Notes under the pieces: generated by a model
Seen by the model: the letters and a program-made list of their open reading frames with translations, nothing else
What the model was told of the DNA's origin: nothing
Databases searched by the model: none
Program-made: the position numbers and the translations under genes
Source of the DNA: Eledone cirrhosa
Taxonomy: Eukaryota
Direction: 5' to 3'
NCBI GenBank assembly: GCA_964016885.1
Contig: OZ024743.1
Span: forward strand, 218,798,001-218,862,000
DNA: 64,000 nt
In this document: positions 25,601 through 39,000 of the stretch, one piece after another
Numbering within the stretch: position 1 is the stretch's first letter
How the letters are laid out: every line of letters starts with the position of its first letter

Positions 25601-27500
25601 GTGTGTGTGAAAGTGAGGTAAGGTGTGTGAAAGTGAGGTGAGGTGTGTGTGAAAGTGAGGTAAGGTGTGTGTGTAAGAGAGGTGAGGTGTGTGTGAAAGT
25701 GAGGTGAGGTGTGTGTGAAAGTGAGGTAATGTGTGTGTGAAAGTGAGGTGAGGTGTGTGTGAAAGTGAGGTGAGGTGTGTGTGAAAGTGAGGAAAGGTGT
25801 GTCTGAGAGTGAGGTGAGGTGTGTGTGAAAGTGAGGTAAGGTGTGTGTGAAAGTGAGGTGAGGTGTGTGTGGAAGTGAGGTGAGGTGTGTGTGTAAGAGA
25901 GGTGAGGCGTGTGTGAAAGTGAGGTAAGGTGTGTATGAAAGAGAGGTGAGGTGCGTGAAAGTGAGGTGAGGTGTGAAAGTGAGGTGAGGTGTGAGGGTGA
26001 GGTAAGGTGGGTGTGAAAGTGAGGTAATGTGTGTGTGAAAGTGAGGTGAGGTGCGTGTGAAAATGATGTGAGGTATGTGTGAAAGTGTGGTAAGGTGTGT
26101 GTGAAAGTGAGGTGAGGTGTGTGTGAAAGTGAGGTGAGGTGTGTGTGTGAAAGAGAGGTCAGGTGTGTGTGAAAGAGAGGTCAGGTGTGTGTGAAAGAGA
26201 GGTAATGTTTGGGTGAAAGTGAGGAGAGGTGTGTGTGAAAGTGAGGTGAGGTGTGTGCGAAAGTGAGGTGAGGTGTGTGCGAAAGTGAGGTGAGGTGTGT
26301 GTGAAAGACAGGTCAGGTGTGTGTGAAACAGAGGTAAGGTGTGTGTCAAAGTGAATTGAGATGTGTGTGAAAGTGAGGTGAGGTGTGTGTGAAAGTGAGG
26401 TAAGGTCTGTGTGAGAGTGGGGTGAGGTATGTGTGAGAGTGAGGTGAGGTGTGTGTGAAAGTGATGTAAGGTGCGTGTGAAAGTGAGGGGAGGTGTGTGT
26501 GAAAGTGAGGTGAGGTGTGTGTGAAACTGAGGTAAGGTGTGTGTAAAAGTGAGGAAAGGTGTGTGTGAAAGTGAGCAAAGGTGTGTGTGAAATTGAGGTG
26601 AGGCGTGTGTGAAAGTGAGGTAAGGTGTGTGTGAAAGTGAGGTAAGGTGTGTGTGAAAGTGAGGTGAAATGTGTGTAAAAGTGAGGTGAGGTGTGTGTGA
26701 AAGTGAGGTAGGTGTGAGTGAAAGAGAGGTGAGGTGTGTGTGAAAGAGAGGTGAGGTGTGTGTGAAAGTAAGGTAAGGTGTGGGTGAAAGTGAGGTGAGG
26801 TGTGTGTAAAAGTGAGGTAAGGTGTGTGTGAAAGTGAGGTGAGGTGTGTGTGTAAGTGAGGTGAGGTGTGTGTGAAACAGAGGTGAGGTGTGTGTGAAAG
26901 TAAGGTGAGGTGTGTGTGAAAGTGAGGTGAGGTGTGTGTGAAAGTGAGGTGAGATGTGTGTGAAAGTGAGGTGAGGTGTGTGTTAAAGTGAGGTGAGGTG
27001 TGTGTGAAAGTAAGGTAAGGTGTGTGTGTAAGAGAGGTAAGGTGTGTGTGAAAGTGGGGTGAGGTGTGTGTGAAAGAGAGGTGAGGTGTGTGTGAAAGTG
27101 AGGTGAGGTGTGTGTGAAAATGATGTGGGGTGTGTGTGAAAGTGTGGTAAGGTGTGTGTGAAAGTGAGGTGAGGTGTGTGTGAAAGTAAGGTAAGGTGTG
27201 GGTGAAAGTGAGGTGAGGTGTGTATGAAAGAGAGGTGAGGTGCGTGAAATTGAGGTGAGGTGTGAAAGTGAGGTGAGGTGTGAGGGTGAGGTAAGGTGTG
27301 TGTGAAAGAGAGGTGAGGTGTGTGTGAAAGTGAGGTGAGGTGTGGGTGTGAAAGAGAGGTCAGGTGTGTGTGAAAGAGAGGTCAGGTGTGTGTGAAAGAG
27401 AGGTGATGTTTGGGTGAAAGTGAGGTGAGGTGTGTGTGAAAGACAGGTCAGGTGTGTGTGAAACAGAGGTAAGGTGTGTGTGAAAGTGAGGTAAGGTGTG
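19635..27500 (+). repeat. 3916-bp tandem duplication within the satellite
   Basis: ORFs 21210/25126, 21467/25383 and 22243/26159 are all offset by 3916. The rare variant AAGGTTTGGG occurs at 19731 and 23647. Confidence 0.92.
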
Positions 27501-30500
27501 TGTCAAAGTGAGGTGAGGTGTGTGTGAAAGAGAGGTCAGGTGTGTGTGAAAGTGAGGTGAGGTGTGTGTGAAAGTGAGGTATGTGTGAAAGTGAGGTGAG
27601 GTGTGTGTGAAAGTGAGGTGAGGTGTGTGTGAAAGTGAGGTGGTGTGTGTGTGAAAGTGAGGTGAGGTGTGTGTGAAAGGGAGGTAAGGTGTGTGTGAAA
27701 ATGATGTGAGATGTGTGTGAAAGGGAGGTAAGGTGTGTGTGTGAAAGTGAGGTAAGGTGTGTGTGTAAGAGAGGTGAGGTGCGTGTGAAAGTGAGGTAAG
27801 GTGTGTGTGAAAGTGAGGTGGGGTGTGTGTAAAAGTGAGGAAAGGTGTGTGTGAAAGTGAGCAAGGTGTGTGTGAAAGTGAGGTAAGGTGTGTGTGAAAG
27901 TGAGGTAAGGTGTGTGTGAAAGTGAGGTGAGGTGTGTGTGAAAGAGAGGTGAGGTGTGTGTGTAAGTAAGGTAAGGTGTGGGTGAAAGTGAGGTGAGGTG
28001 TGTGTAAAAGTGAGGTAAGGTGTGTGTGAAAGTGAGGTGAGGTGTGTGTGTAAGTGAGGTGAGGTGTGTGTGAAACAGAGGTGAGGTGTGTGTGAAAGTA
28101 AGGTGAGGTGTGTGTGAAAGTGAGGTGAGGTGTGTGTGAAAGTGAGGTGAGGTGTGTGTTAAAGTGAGGTGAGGTGTGTGTGAAAGTAAGGTAAGGTGTG
28201 TGTGTAAGAGAGGTAAGGTGTGTGTGAAAGTGGGGTGAGGTGTGTGTGAAAGTGAGATCAGGTGTGTGTGAATGTGAGGTGAGGTGTGTGTGAAAGAGAG
28301 GTGAGGTGTGTGTGAAAGAGAGGTGAGGTGTGTGTGAAAGTGAGGTGAGGTGTGTGTAAAAATGATGTGGGGTGTGTGTGAAAGTGAGATCAGGCGTGAG
28401 TGAAACAGAGATCAGGTGTGTGTGAAAGAGAGGTCAGGTGTGTGTGAATGTGAGGTGAGGTGTGTGTGAAAGAGAGGTGAGGTGTGTGTGAAAGAGAGGT
28501 GAGGTGTGTGTGAAAGTGAGGTGAGGTGTGTGTAAAAATGATGTGGGGTGTGTGTGAAAGTGTGGTAAGGTGTGTGTGAAAGTGAGGTGAGGTGTGTGTG
28601 AAAGTGAGATCAGGCGTGAGTGAAACAGAGATCAGGTGTGTGTGAAAGAGAGGTCAGGTGTGTGTGAAAGAGAGGTCAGGTGGGTGTGAAAGAGAGGTGA
28701 TGTTTGGGTGAAAGTGAGGTTAGGCGTATGTGTAAGAGAGGTGAGGTGTGTGTGAAAGAGAGGTGAGGTGTGTGTGAAAGTGAGGTGAGGTGTGTGTGAA
28801 AGTGAGGGGAGGTGTGTGTGAAAGTGAGGTGAGGTGTGTGTGAAAGTGAGGTAAGGTGTGTGAAAGTGAGGTGAGGTGTGTGTGAAAGTGAGGTAAGGTG
28901 TGTGTGTAAGAGAGGTGAGGTGTGTGTGAAAGTGAGGTAAGGTGTGTGTGTAAGAGAGGTGAGGTGTGTGTGAAAGTGAGGTAAGGTCTGTGTGAAAGTG
29001 AGGTGAGGTGTGTGTGAAAGTGAGGTAAGGTGTGTGTGAAAGTGAGGTGAGGTGTGTGTGAGAGTGAGGAAAGGTGTGTGTGAAAGTGAGGTGAGGTGTG
29101 TGTGAAAGTGAGGTGAGGTGTGTGTGAAAGTGAGGCAAGGTGTGTCTGAGAGTGAGGTGAGGTGTGTGTGAAAGTGAGGTAAGGTGTGTGTGAAAGTGAG
29201 GTGAGGTGTGTGTGAAAGTGAGGTGAGGTGTGTGTGAAAGTGAGGAAAGGTGTGTCTGAGAGTGAGGTGAGGTGTGTGTGAAAGTGAGGTAAGGTGTGTG
29301 TGAAAGTGAGGTGAGGTGTGTGTGGAAGTGAGGTGAGGTGTGTGTGTAAGAGAGGTGAGGCGTGTGTGAAAGTGATGTAAGGTGTGTGTGAAAGAGAGGT
29401 GAGGTGTCTGTGAAAGTGAGGTGAGGTGTGTATGAAAGAGAGGTGAGGTGTGTGAAGTGAGGTGAGGTGTGAAAGTGAGGTGAGGTGTGTGGGTGAGGTA
29501 AGGTGTGTGTGAAAGTGAGGTAATGTGTGTGTGAAAGTGAGGTGAGGTGCGTGTGAAAATGATGTGAGGTACGTGTGAAAGTGTGGTAAGGTGTGTGTGA
29601 AAGAGAGGTCAGGTGTGTGTGAAAGAGAGGTCAGGTGTGTGTGAAAGAGAGGTGATGTTTGGGTGAAAGTGATGAGGGGTGTGTGTGAAAGTGAGGTGAG
29701 GTGTGTGCGAAAATGAGGTGAGGTGTGTGTGAAAGACAGGTCAGGTGTGTGTGAAAAAGAGGTAAGGTGTGTGTGAAAGTGAGGTAAGGTGTGTGTCAAA
29801 GTGAGGTGAGGTGTGTGTGAAAGTGAGGTGAGGTGTGTGTGAAAGTGAGGTGAGGTGTGTGTGAAAGTGAGGTATGTGTGAAAGTGGGGTGAGGTGTGTG
29901 TGAAAGTGAGGTGAGGTGTGTGAAAGTGAGGTGGTGTGTGTGTGAAAGTGAGGTGAGGTGTGTGTGAAAGGGAGGTAAGGTGTGTGTGAAAATGATGTGA
30001 GATGTGTGTGATAGGGAGGTAAGGTGTGTGTGTGAAAGTGAGGTAAGGTGTGTGTGTAAGAGAGGTGAGGTGCGTGTGAAAGTGAGGTAAGGTGTGTGTG
30101 AAAGTGAAGTGAGGTGTGTGTAAAAGTGAGGAAAGGTGTGTGTGAAAGTGAGCAAGGTGTGTGTGAAAGTGAGGTAAGGTGTGTGTGAAAGTGAGGTGAG
30201 GTGTGTGTAAAACTGAGGTGAGGTGTGTGTGAAAGTGAGGTAGGTGTGAGTGAAAGAGAGGCGAGGTGTGTGTGAAAGACAGGTGAGGTGTGTGTGAAAG
30301 TAAGGTGAGGTGTGTGTGAAAGTGAGGTGAGGTGTGCGTAAAAGTGAGGTAAGGTGTGTGTGAAAATGATGTGAGATGTGTGTGAAAGTGAGGTTAGGTG
30401 TGTGTGTGAAAGTGAGGTAAGGTGTGTGTAAAAGTGAGGAAAGGTGTGTGTGAAAGTGAGCAAGGTGTGTGTGAAAGTGAGGTAAGGTGTGTGTGAAAGT

Positions 30501-32569
30501 GAGGTAAGGTGTGTGTGAAAGTGAGGTGAGGTGTGTGTAAAAGTGAGGTGAGGTGTGTGTGAAAGTGAGATAGGTGTGAGTGAAAGAGAGGTGAGGTGTG
30601 TGTGAAAGAGAGGTGAGGTGTGTGCGAAAGTAAGGTGAGGTGTGTGTGAAAGTGAGGTGAGGTGTGTGTAAAAGTGAGGTAAGGTGTGTGTGAAAGTGAG
30701 GTGAGGTGTGTGTGAAAGTGAGGTGAGGTGTGTGTGTAAGTGAGGTGAGGTGTGTGTGAAACAGAGGTGAGGTGTGTGTGAAAGTGAGGTGAGGTGTGTG
30801 TGAAAGTGAGGTGAGGTGTGTGTAAAAGTGAGGTGAGGTGTGTGTGAAAGTAAGGTAAGGTGTGTGTGAAAGTGAGGTGAGGTGAGTGTGAAAGTGAGGT
30901 AAGGTGTGTGTGAAGGTGAGGTGAGGTCTGAAAGTGAGGTGAGGTTTGAAAGTGAGGTAAGGTGTGTGTGAAAGTGAGGTGAGGTGTGTGTGAAAGAGAG
31001 GTGAGGTGTGTGTGAAAGTGAGGTGGAGTGTGTGTGAAAGTGAGGTGAGGTGTGTGTGAAAGAGAGGAAAGGTGTGTGTGAAAGAGAGGTGAGGTGTGTG
31101 TGAAAGTGAGGTGAGGTGTGTGTGAAAGAGAGGTCAGGTGTGTGTGAAAGTGAGGTGAGGTGTGTGTGAAAGTGAGGTGAGGTGTGTGTGTGAAAGAGAG
31201 GTCAGGTGTGTGTGAAAGAGAGGTCAGGTGTGTGTGAAAGAGAGGTGATGTTTGGGTGAAAGTGAGGAGAGATGTGTGTGAAAGTGAGGTGAGGTGTGTG
31301 CGAAAGTGAGGTGAGGTGTGTGTGAAAGACAGGTCAGGTGTGTGTGAAACAGAGGTAAGGTGTGTGTGAAAGTGAGGTAAGGTGTGTGTCAAAGTGAGGT
31401 GAGGTGTGTGTGAAAGAGAGGTCAGGTGTGTGTGAAAGTGAGGTGAGGTGTGTGTGAAAGTGAGGTATGTGTGAAAGTGAGGTGAGGTGTGTGTGAAAGT
31501 GAGGTGAGGTGTGTGTGAAAGTGAGGTGGTGTGTGTGTGAAAGTGAGGTGAGGTGTGTGTAAAAGTGAGGAAAGGTGTGTGTGAAAGTGAGCAAGGTGTG
31601 TGTGAAAGTGAGGTAAGGTGTGTGTGAAAGTGAGGTAAGGTGTGTGTGAAAGTGAGGTGAGGTGTGTGTGAAAGAGAGGTGAGGTGTGTGTGAAAGTAAG
31701 GTAAGGTGTGGGTGAAAGTGAGGTGAGGTGTGTGTAAAAGTGAGGTAAGGTGTGTGTGAAAGTGAGGTGAGGTGTGTGTGTAAGTGAGGTGAGGTGTGTG
31801 TGAAAGAGAGGTCAGGTGTGTGTGAAAGAGAGGTCAGGTGTGTGTGAAAGTGAGGTGAGGTGTGTGTTAAAGTGAGGTGAGGTGTGTGTGAAAGTAAGGT
31901 AAGGTGTGTGTGTAAGAGAGGTAAGGTGTGTGTGAAAGTGGGGTGAGGTGTGTGTGAAAGAGAGGTGAGGTGTGTGTGAAAGTGAGGTCAGGTGTGTGTA
32001 AAAATGATGTGGGGTGTGTGTGAAAGTGTGGTAAGGTGTGTGTGAAAGTGAGGTGAGGTGTGTGTGAAAGTGAGATCAGGCGTGAGTGAAACAGAGGTCA
32101 GGTGTGTGTGAAAGAGAGGTCAGGTGTGTGTGAATGTGAGGTGAGGTGTGTGTGAAAGAGAGGTGAGGTGTGTGTGAAAGAGAGGTCAGGTGTGTGTGAA
32201 AGAGAGGTCAGGTGCGTGTGAAAGAGAGGTGATGTTTGGGTGAAAGTAAGGTAAGGCGTGTGTGTAAGAGAGGTGAGGTGTGTGTGAAAGAGAGGTGAGG
32301 TGTGTGTGAAAGTGAGGTAAGGTGTGTGTGAAAGTGAGGGGAGGTGTGTGTGAAAGTGAGGTGAGGTGTGTGTGAAAGTGAGGTAAGGTGTGTGAAAGTG
32401 AGGTGAGGTGTGTGTGAAAGTGAGGTAAGGTGTGTGTGTAAGAGAGGTGAGGTGTGTGTGAAAGTGAGGTATGTGTGAAAGTGAGGTGAGGTGTGTGTGA
32501 AAGTGAGGTGAGGTGTGTGTGAAAGTGAGGTGGTGTGTGTGTGAAAGTGAGGTGAGGTGTGTGTGAAAC

Positions 32570-35500
32570 GGAGGTAAGGTGTGTGTGAAAGTGAGCTCAG
32601 GTGTGTGTGAAACAGAGGTAAGGTGTGTGTGAAAGTGAGGTAAGGTGTGTGTGAAAGTGAGGTGAGGTGTGTGTGAAAGTGAGGTGAGGTGTGTGTGAAA
32701 GTGAGGACAGGTGTGTGTGAAAGTGAGCTCAGGTGTGTGTGAAAGTGAGGTGAGGTGTGTGTGAAAGTGCGGTGAGGTGTGTGTGAAAGTGAGGTAAGGT
32801 GTGTCGTAAAGAGAGGTGAGGTGTGTGTGAAAGTGAGGTGAGGTGTGTGTGAAAGTGAGGTGTGTGTGAAGGTGAGGTGAGGTGTGTGTGAAAGTGCGGT
32901 GAGGTGTGTGTGCAAGTGAGGTAAGGTGTGTGTGAAAGTGAGGTAAGGTGTGTGTGAAAGTGAGGTGAAGTGTGTGTGAAAGAGACGTGAGGTGTGTGTG
33001 AAAGTGAGGTGAGGTGTGATAGTGAGGTAACGTGTGAAAGTGAGGTAATGTGTGTGTGAAAGTGAGGTAAGGTGTGTGTGAAAGTGAGGTGAGGTGCGTG
33101 TGAAAGTGAGGTAAGGTTTGTGTGAAAGTGAGGTGAGGTATATGTGAAAGTGAGGTGAGGTGTGTGTGAAAGTGAGGTGAGGTGTGTGTGAAAGTGAGGT
33201 GAGGTGTGTGTGAAAGTGAGGGGAGGTGTGTGTAAAAGTGAGGTAAGGTGTGTGTGAAAGTGAGGTGAGGTGTATGTGAAAGTGAGGTGAGGTGTGTGTG
33301 AAAGTGAGGGGAGGTGTGTGTGAAAGTGAGGTAAGGTGTGTGTGAAAGTGAGGAGAGGTGTGTGTGAAAGTGAGGGGACTTGTGTGTAAAAGTGAGGTAA
33401 GGTGTGTGTGAAAGTGAGGTGAGGTGTGTGTGCAACTGAGGTGAGGTGTGTGTGAAAGAGAGGTAAGGTGTGTGTGAAAGTGAGGTGAGGTGTGTGTGAA
33501 AGTGAGGTAAGGTGTGTGTGAAAGAGAGGTAAGGTGTGTGTGAAAGTGAGGTGAGGTGTGAAATTGTGGTAAGGTGTGTGTGAAAGTGAGGTGAGGTGTG
33601 TGTAAAAGTGAGGTAAGGTGTGTGTGAAAGAGATGTGAGGTGTGTGTGAAAGTGAGGTGAGGTGTGTGCGAAAGTGAGGTGAGGTGTGTGTGAAAGTGAG
33701 GTGAGGTGTGTGTGAAAGAGAGGTCAGGTGTGTGTGAAACAGAGGTCAGCTGTGTGTGAAAGTGAGGTAAGGTGTGTGTGAAAGTGAGGTGAGGTGTGTG
33801 TGAAAGTGAGGTGAGGTGTGTGTTAAAGTGAGGTGAGGTGTGTGTGAAAGTGAGGTGAGGTGTGTGTGAAAGTGAGGTGAGGTATGTGTGAAAGTGAGGT
33901 GAGGTGTGTGTGAAAGAGAGGTAAGGTGTGTGAAAGTGAGGTGAGGTGTGTGTGAAAGTGAGGTGAGGTGTGTGTGAAAGTGAGGGGAGATGTGTGTGAA
34001 AGTGAGGTAAGGTGTGTGTGAAAGAGAGGTGAGGTGTGTGTGAAAGTGAGGTAAGGTGTGTTTGAAAGTGAGGTCAGGTGTGTGTCAAAGTGAGCTCAGG
34101 TGTGTGTTAAACAGAGGTAAGGTGTGTGTGAAAGTAAGGTAAGGTGTGTGTGAAAGTGAGGTGAGGTGTGTGTGAAAGTGAGGTGAGGTGTTTGTGAAAG
34201 TGAGGTGAGGTGTGTGTGAAAGTGAGGTGAGGTGTGTGTGAAAGTGAGGGGAGGTGTGTGTGAAAGTGAGGTAAGGTGTGTGTGAAAGTGAGGTGAGGTG
34301 TGTGTGCAAGTGAGGTGTGTGTGAAAGAGAGGTAAGGTGTGTGTGAAAGTGAGGTGAGGTGTGTGTGAAAGTGAGGTAAGGTGTAGGTGAAAGTGAGGTA
34401 AGGTGTGTGTGAAAGTGAGGTGAGGGGTGTGTGAAAGTGAGGTGAGGTGTGTGTGAAAGTGAGGTGAGGTGTGTGTGAAAGTGAGGTCAGGTGTGTGTGA
34501 AAGTGAGCTCAGGTGTGTGTGAAACAGAGGTAAGGTGTGTGTGAAAGTGAGGTGAGGTGTGTGTGAAAGTAAGGTAAGGTGTGTGTGAAAGTGAGCTCAG
34601 GTGTGTGTGAAACAGAGGTGAGGTGTGTGTGAAAGTGAGGTGAGGTGTGTGTGAAAGTGAGGTGAGGTGTGTGTGAAAGTGAGGTGAGGTGTGTGTGAAA
34701 GTGAGGTGAGGTGTGTGTGAAAGTGCGGTGAGGTGTGTGTGAAAGTGAGGTAAGGTGTGTTGTAAAGAGAGGTGAGGTGTGTGTGAAAGTGAGGTGAGGT
34801 GTGTGTGAAAGTGAGGTGAGGTGTGTGTGAAAGTGAGGTAAGGTGTGTGTGAAAGTGAGGTCAGGTGTGTGTGAAAGTGAGCTCAGGTGTGTGTGAAACA
34901 GAGGTAAGGTGTCTGTGAAAGTGAGGTAAGGTGTGTGTGAAAGTGAGGTGAGGTGTGTGTGAAAGTGAGGTGAGGTGTGTGTGAAAGTGAGGTCAGGTGT
35001 GTGTGAAAGTGAGGTCAGGTGTGTGTGAAAGTGAGATCAGGTGTGTGTGAAACCGAGGTAAGGTGTGTGTGAAATGAGGTAAGGTGTGTGTGAAAGTGAG
35101 GTGAGGTGTGTGTGAAAGTGAGGTGAGGTGTGTGTGAAAGTGAGGTAAGGTGTGTGTGAAAGAGAGGTGAGGTGTGTGTGAAAGTGAGGTGAAGTGTGTG
35201 TGAAAGAGACGTGAGGTGTGTGTGAAAGTGAGGTGAGGTGTGTGTGAAAGTGAGGTGATGTGTGAAAGTGAGGTAAGGTGTGTGTGAAAGTGAGGTGAGG
35301 TGTCTGTGAAAGTGAGGGGAGGTGTGTGTAAAAGTGAGGTAAGGTGCGCGTGAAAGTGATGGAGGTGTGTGTAAAAGTGAGGTAAGGTGTGTGTGAAAGT
35401 GAGGTGAGGTGCGTGTGAAAGTGAGGTAAGGTGTGTGTGTAAGAGAGGTAAGGTGTGTGTGAAAGAGAGGTAAGGTGTGTGTGAAAGTGAGGTGAGGTGT

Positions 35501-38500
35501 GTGTGAAAGAGAGGTGAGGTGTGTGTGAAAGTGAGGTGAGGTGTGTGTGAAAGTGAGGTGAGGTGTGTGTGAAAGTGAGGTGAGGTGTGTGTGAAAGAGA
35601 GGTCAGGTGTCTGTGAAACAGAGGTAAGGTATGTGTGAAAATGATGAGAGATGTGTGTGAAAGTGAGGTAAGGTGTGTGTGAAAGTGAGGTGGGGTGTGT
35701 GTCAAAGTGAGGTGAGGCGTGTGTGAAAGAGAGGTGAGGTGTGTGTGAAAGTGAGGTGAGGTGTGTGTGAAAGTGAGGTGAGGTGTGTGTGAAAGTGAGG
35801 TGTGTGTGAAAGAGAGGTAAGGTGTGTGTGATAGTGAGGTGAGGTATGTGTGAAAGTGAGGTGAGGTGTGTGTGAAAGTGAGGGGTGGTGTGTGTGAAAG
35901 TGAGGTGACGTGTGTGAAAGTGAGGGGAGGTGTGTGTGAAAGTGAGGTGAGGTGTGTGTGAAAGTGAGGGGTGGTGTGTGTGAAAGTGAGGTGAGGTGTG
36001 TGTGAAAGTGAGGTAAGGTGTGGGTGAAAGTGAGGTAAGGTGTGTGTGAAAGTGAGGTGAGGGGTGTGTGAAAGTGAGGTGAGGTGTGTGTGAAAGTGAG
36101 GTGAGGTGTGTGTGAAAGTGAGGTCAGGTGTGTGTGAAAGTGAGCTCAGGTGTGTGTGAAACAGAGGTAAGGTGTGTGTGAAAGTGAGGTAAGGTGTGTG
36201 TGAAAGTGAGGTGAGGTGTGTGTGAAAGTGAGGTGAGGTGTGTGTGAAAGTGAGGACAGGTGTGTGTGAAAGTGAGCTCAGGTGTGTGTGAAACAGAGGT
36301 GAGGTGTGTGTGAAAGTGAGGTGAGGTGTGTGTGAAAGTGAGGTGAGGTGTGTGTGAAAGTGAGGTGAAGTGTGTGTGAAACTGAGGTGAGGTGTGTGTG
36401 AAAGTGAGGTGAGGTGTGTGTGAAAGTGCGGTGAGGTGTGTGTGAAAGTGAGGTAAGGTGTGTCGTAAAGAGAGGTGAGGTGTGTGTGAAAGTGAGGTGA
36501 GGTGTGTGTGAAAGTGAGGTGTGTGTGAAAGTGAGGTGTGTGTGAAAGTGAGGTGTGTGTGAAAGTGAGGTGTGTGTGAAAGTGAGGTGAGGTGTGTGTG
36601 AAAGTGCGGTGAGGTGTGTGTGCAAGTGAGGTAAGGTGTGTGTGAAAGTGAGGTAAGGTGTGTGTGAAAGTGAGGTGAAGTGTGTGTGAAAGTGAGGTGA
36701 AGTGTGTGTGAAAGAGACGTGAGGTGTGTGTGAAAGTGAGGTGAGGTGTGAAAGTGAGGTGACGTGTGAAAGTGAGGGGTGGTGTGTGTGAAAGTGAGGT
36801 GAGGTGTGTGTGAAAGTGAGGCAAGGTGTGTGTGAAAGTGAGGTGAGGTGTGTGTGAAAGTGAGGTGAGGTGTGTGTGAAAGTGAGGGGAGGTGTGTGTA
36901 AAAGTGAGGTAAGGTGTGTGTGAAAGTGAGGTGAGGTGTATGTGAAAGTGAGGTGAGGTGTGTGTGAAAGTGAGGTAAGGTGTGTGTGAAAGTGAGGTAA
37001 GGTGTGTGTGAAAGTGAGGAGAGGTGTGTGTGAAAGTGAGGGGACTTGTGTGTAAAAGTGAGGTAAGGTGTGTGTGAAAGTGAGGTGAGGTGTGTGTGCA
37101 ACTGAGGTGAGGTGTGTGTGAAAGAGAGGTAAGGTGTGTGTGAAAGTGAGGTGAGGTGTGTGTGAAAGTGAGGTAAGGTGTGTGTGAAAGAGAGGTAAGG
37201 TGTGTGTGAAAGTGAGGTGAGGTGTGAAATTGTGGTAAGGTGTGTGTGAAAGTGAGGTGAGGTGTGTGTGAAAGTGAGGTGAGGTGTGTGTAAAAGTGAG
37301 GTAAGGTGTGTGTGAAAGAGATGTGAGGTGTGTGTGAAAGTGAGGTGAGGTGTGTGCAATAGTGAGGTAAGGTGTGTGTGAAAGAGAGGTGAGGTGTGTG
37401 TGAAAGAGAGGTCAGGTGTGTGTGAAACAGAGGTCAGCTGTGTGTGAAAGTGAGGTAAGGTGTGTGTGAAAGTGAGGTGAGGTGTGTGTGAAAGTGAGGT
37501 GAGGTGTGTGTTAAAGTGAGGTGAGGTGTGTGTGAAAGTGAGGTGAGGTGTGTGTGAAAGTGAGGTGAGGTATGTGTGAAAGTGAGGTGAGGTGTGTGTG
37601 AAAGAGAGGTAAGGTGTGTGAAAGTGAGGTGAGGTGTGTGTGAAAGTGAGGTGAGGTGTGTGTGAAAGTGAGGGGAGTTGTGTGTGAAAGTGAGGTAAGG
37701 TGTGTGTGAAAGAGAGGTGAGGTGTGTGTGAAAGTGAGGTAAGGTGTGTTTGAAAGAGAGGTGAGGTGTGTGTGAAAGTGAGGTGTGTGTGAAAGAGAGG
37801 TAAGGTGTGTGTGAAAGTGAGGTGAGGTGTGTGTGAAAGTGAGGTGAGGTGTGTGTGAAAGTGAGGTGAGGTGTGTGTAAAAGTGAGGTGAGGTGTGTGT
37901 GAAAGTGAGGTGAGGTGTGTGTGAAAGTGAGGTCAGGTGTGTGTGAAAGTGAGCTCAGGTGTGTGTTAAACAGAGGTAAGGTGTGTGTGAAAGTAAGGTA
38001 GGGTGTGTGTGAAAGTGAGGTGAGGTGTGTGTGAAAGTGAGGTGAGGTGTTTGTGAAAGTGAGGTGAGGTGTGTGTGAAAGTGAGGTGAGGTGTGTGTGA
38101 AAGTGAGGGGAGGTGTGTGTGAGAGTGAGGTAAGGTGTGTGTGAAAGTGAGGTGAGGTGTGTGTGCAAGTGAGGTGTGTGTGAAAGAGAGGTAAGGTGTG
38201 TGTGAAAGTGAGGTGAGGTGTGTGTGAAAGTGAGGTGAGGTGTGGGTGAAAGTGAGGTAAGGTGTGTGTGAAAGTGAGGTGAGGGGTGTGTGAAAGTGAG
38301 GTGAGGTGTGTGTGAAAGTGAGGTGAGGTGTGTGTGAAAGTGAGGTCAGGTGTGTGTGAAAGTGAGCTCAGGTGTGTGTGAAACAGAGGTAAGGTGTGTG
38401 TGAAAGTGAGGTAAGGTGTGTGTGAAAGTGAGGTGAGGTGTGTGTGAAAGTGAGGTGAGGTGTGTGTGAAAGTGAGGACAGCTGTGTGTGAAAGTGAGCT

Positions 38501-39000
38501 CAGGTGTGTGTGAAACAGAGGTGAGGTGTGTGTGAAAGTGAGGTGAGGTGTGTGTGAAAGTGAGGTGAGGTGTGTGTGAAAGTGAGGTGAGGTGTGTGTG
38601 AAACTGAGGTGAGGTGTGTGTGAAAGTGAGGTGAGGTGTGTGTGAAAGTGCGGTGAGGTGTGTGTGAAAGTGAGGTAAGGTGTGTTGTAAAGAGAGGTGA
38701 GGTGTGTGTGAAAGTGAGGTGAGGTGTGTGTGAAAGTGAGGTGAGGTGTGTGTGAAAGTGAGGTAAGGTGTGTGTGAAAGTGAGGTAAGGTGTGTGTGAA
38801 AGTGAGCTCAGGTGTGTGTGAAACAGAGGTAAGGTGTCTGTGAAAGTGAGGTAAGGTGTGTGTGAAAGTGAGGTGAGGTGTGTGTGAAAGTGAGGTGAGG
38901 TGTCTGTGAAATTGAGGTGAGGTGTGTGTGAAAGTGAGGTCAGGTGTGTGTGAAAGTGAGGTCAGGTGTGTGTGAAAGTGAGCTCAGGTGTGTGTGAAAC
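32570..39000 (+). repeat. Satellite sub-domain marked by GAGCTCAGG variants, with an older ~3.7-3.9-kb duplication
   Basis: Rare variants recur in the same order: GTCGTAAAG ~32805/36463, GGGACTTG ~33375/37041, TGCAACTG ~33431/37097, TCAGCTG 33746/37434. Confidence 0.85.
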
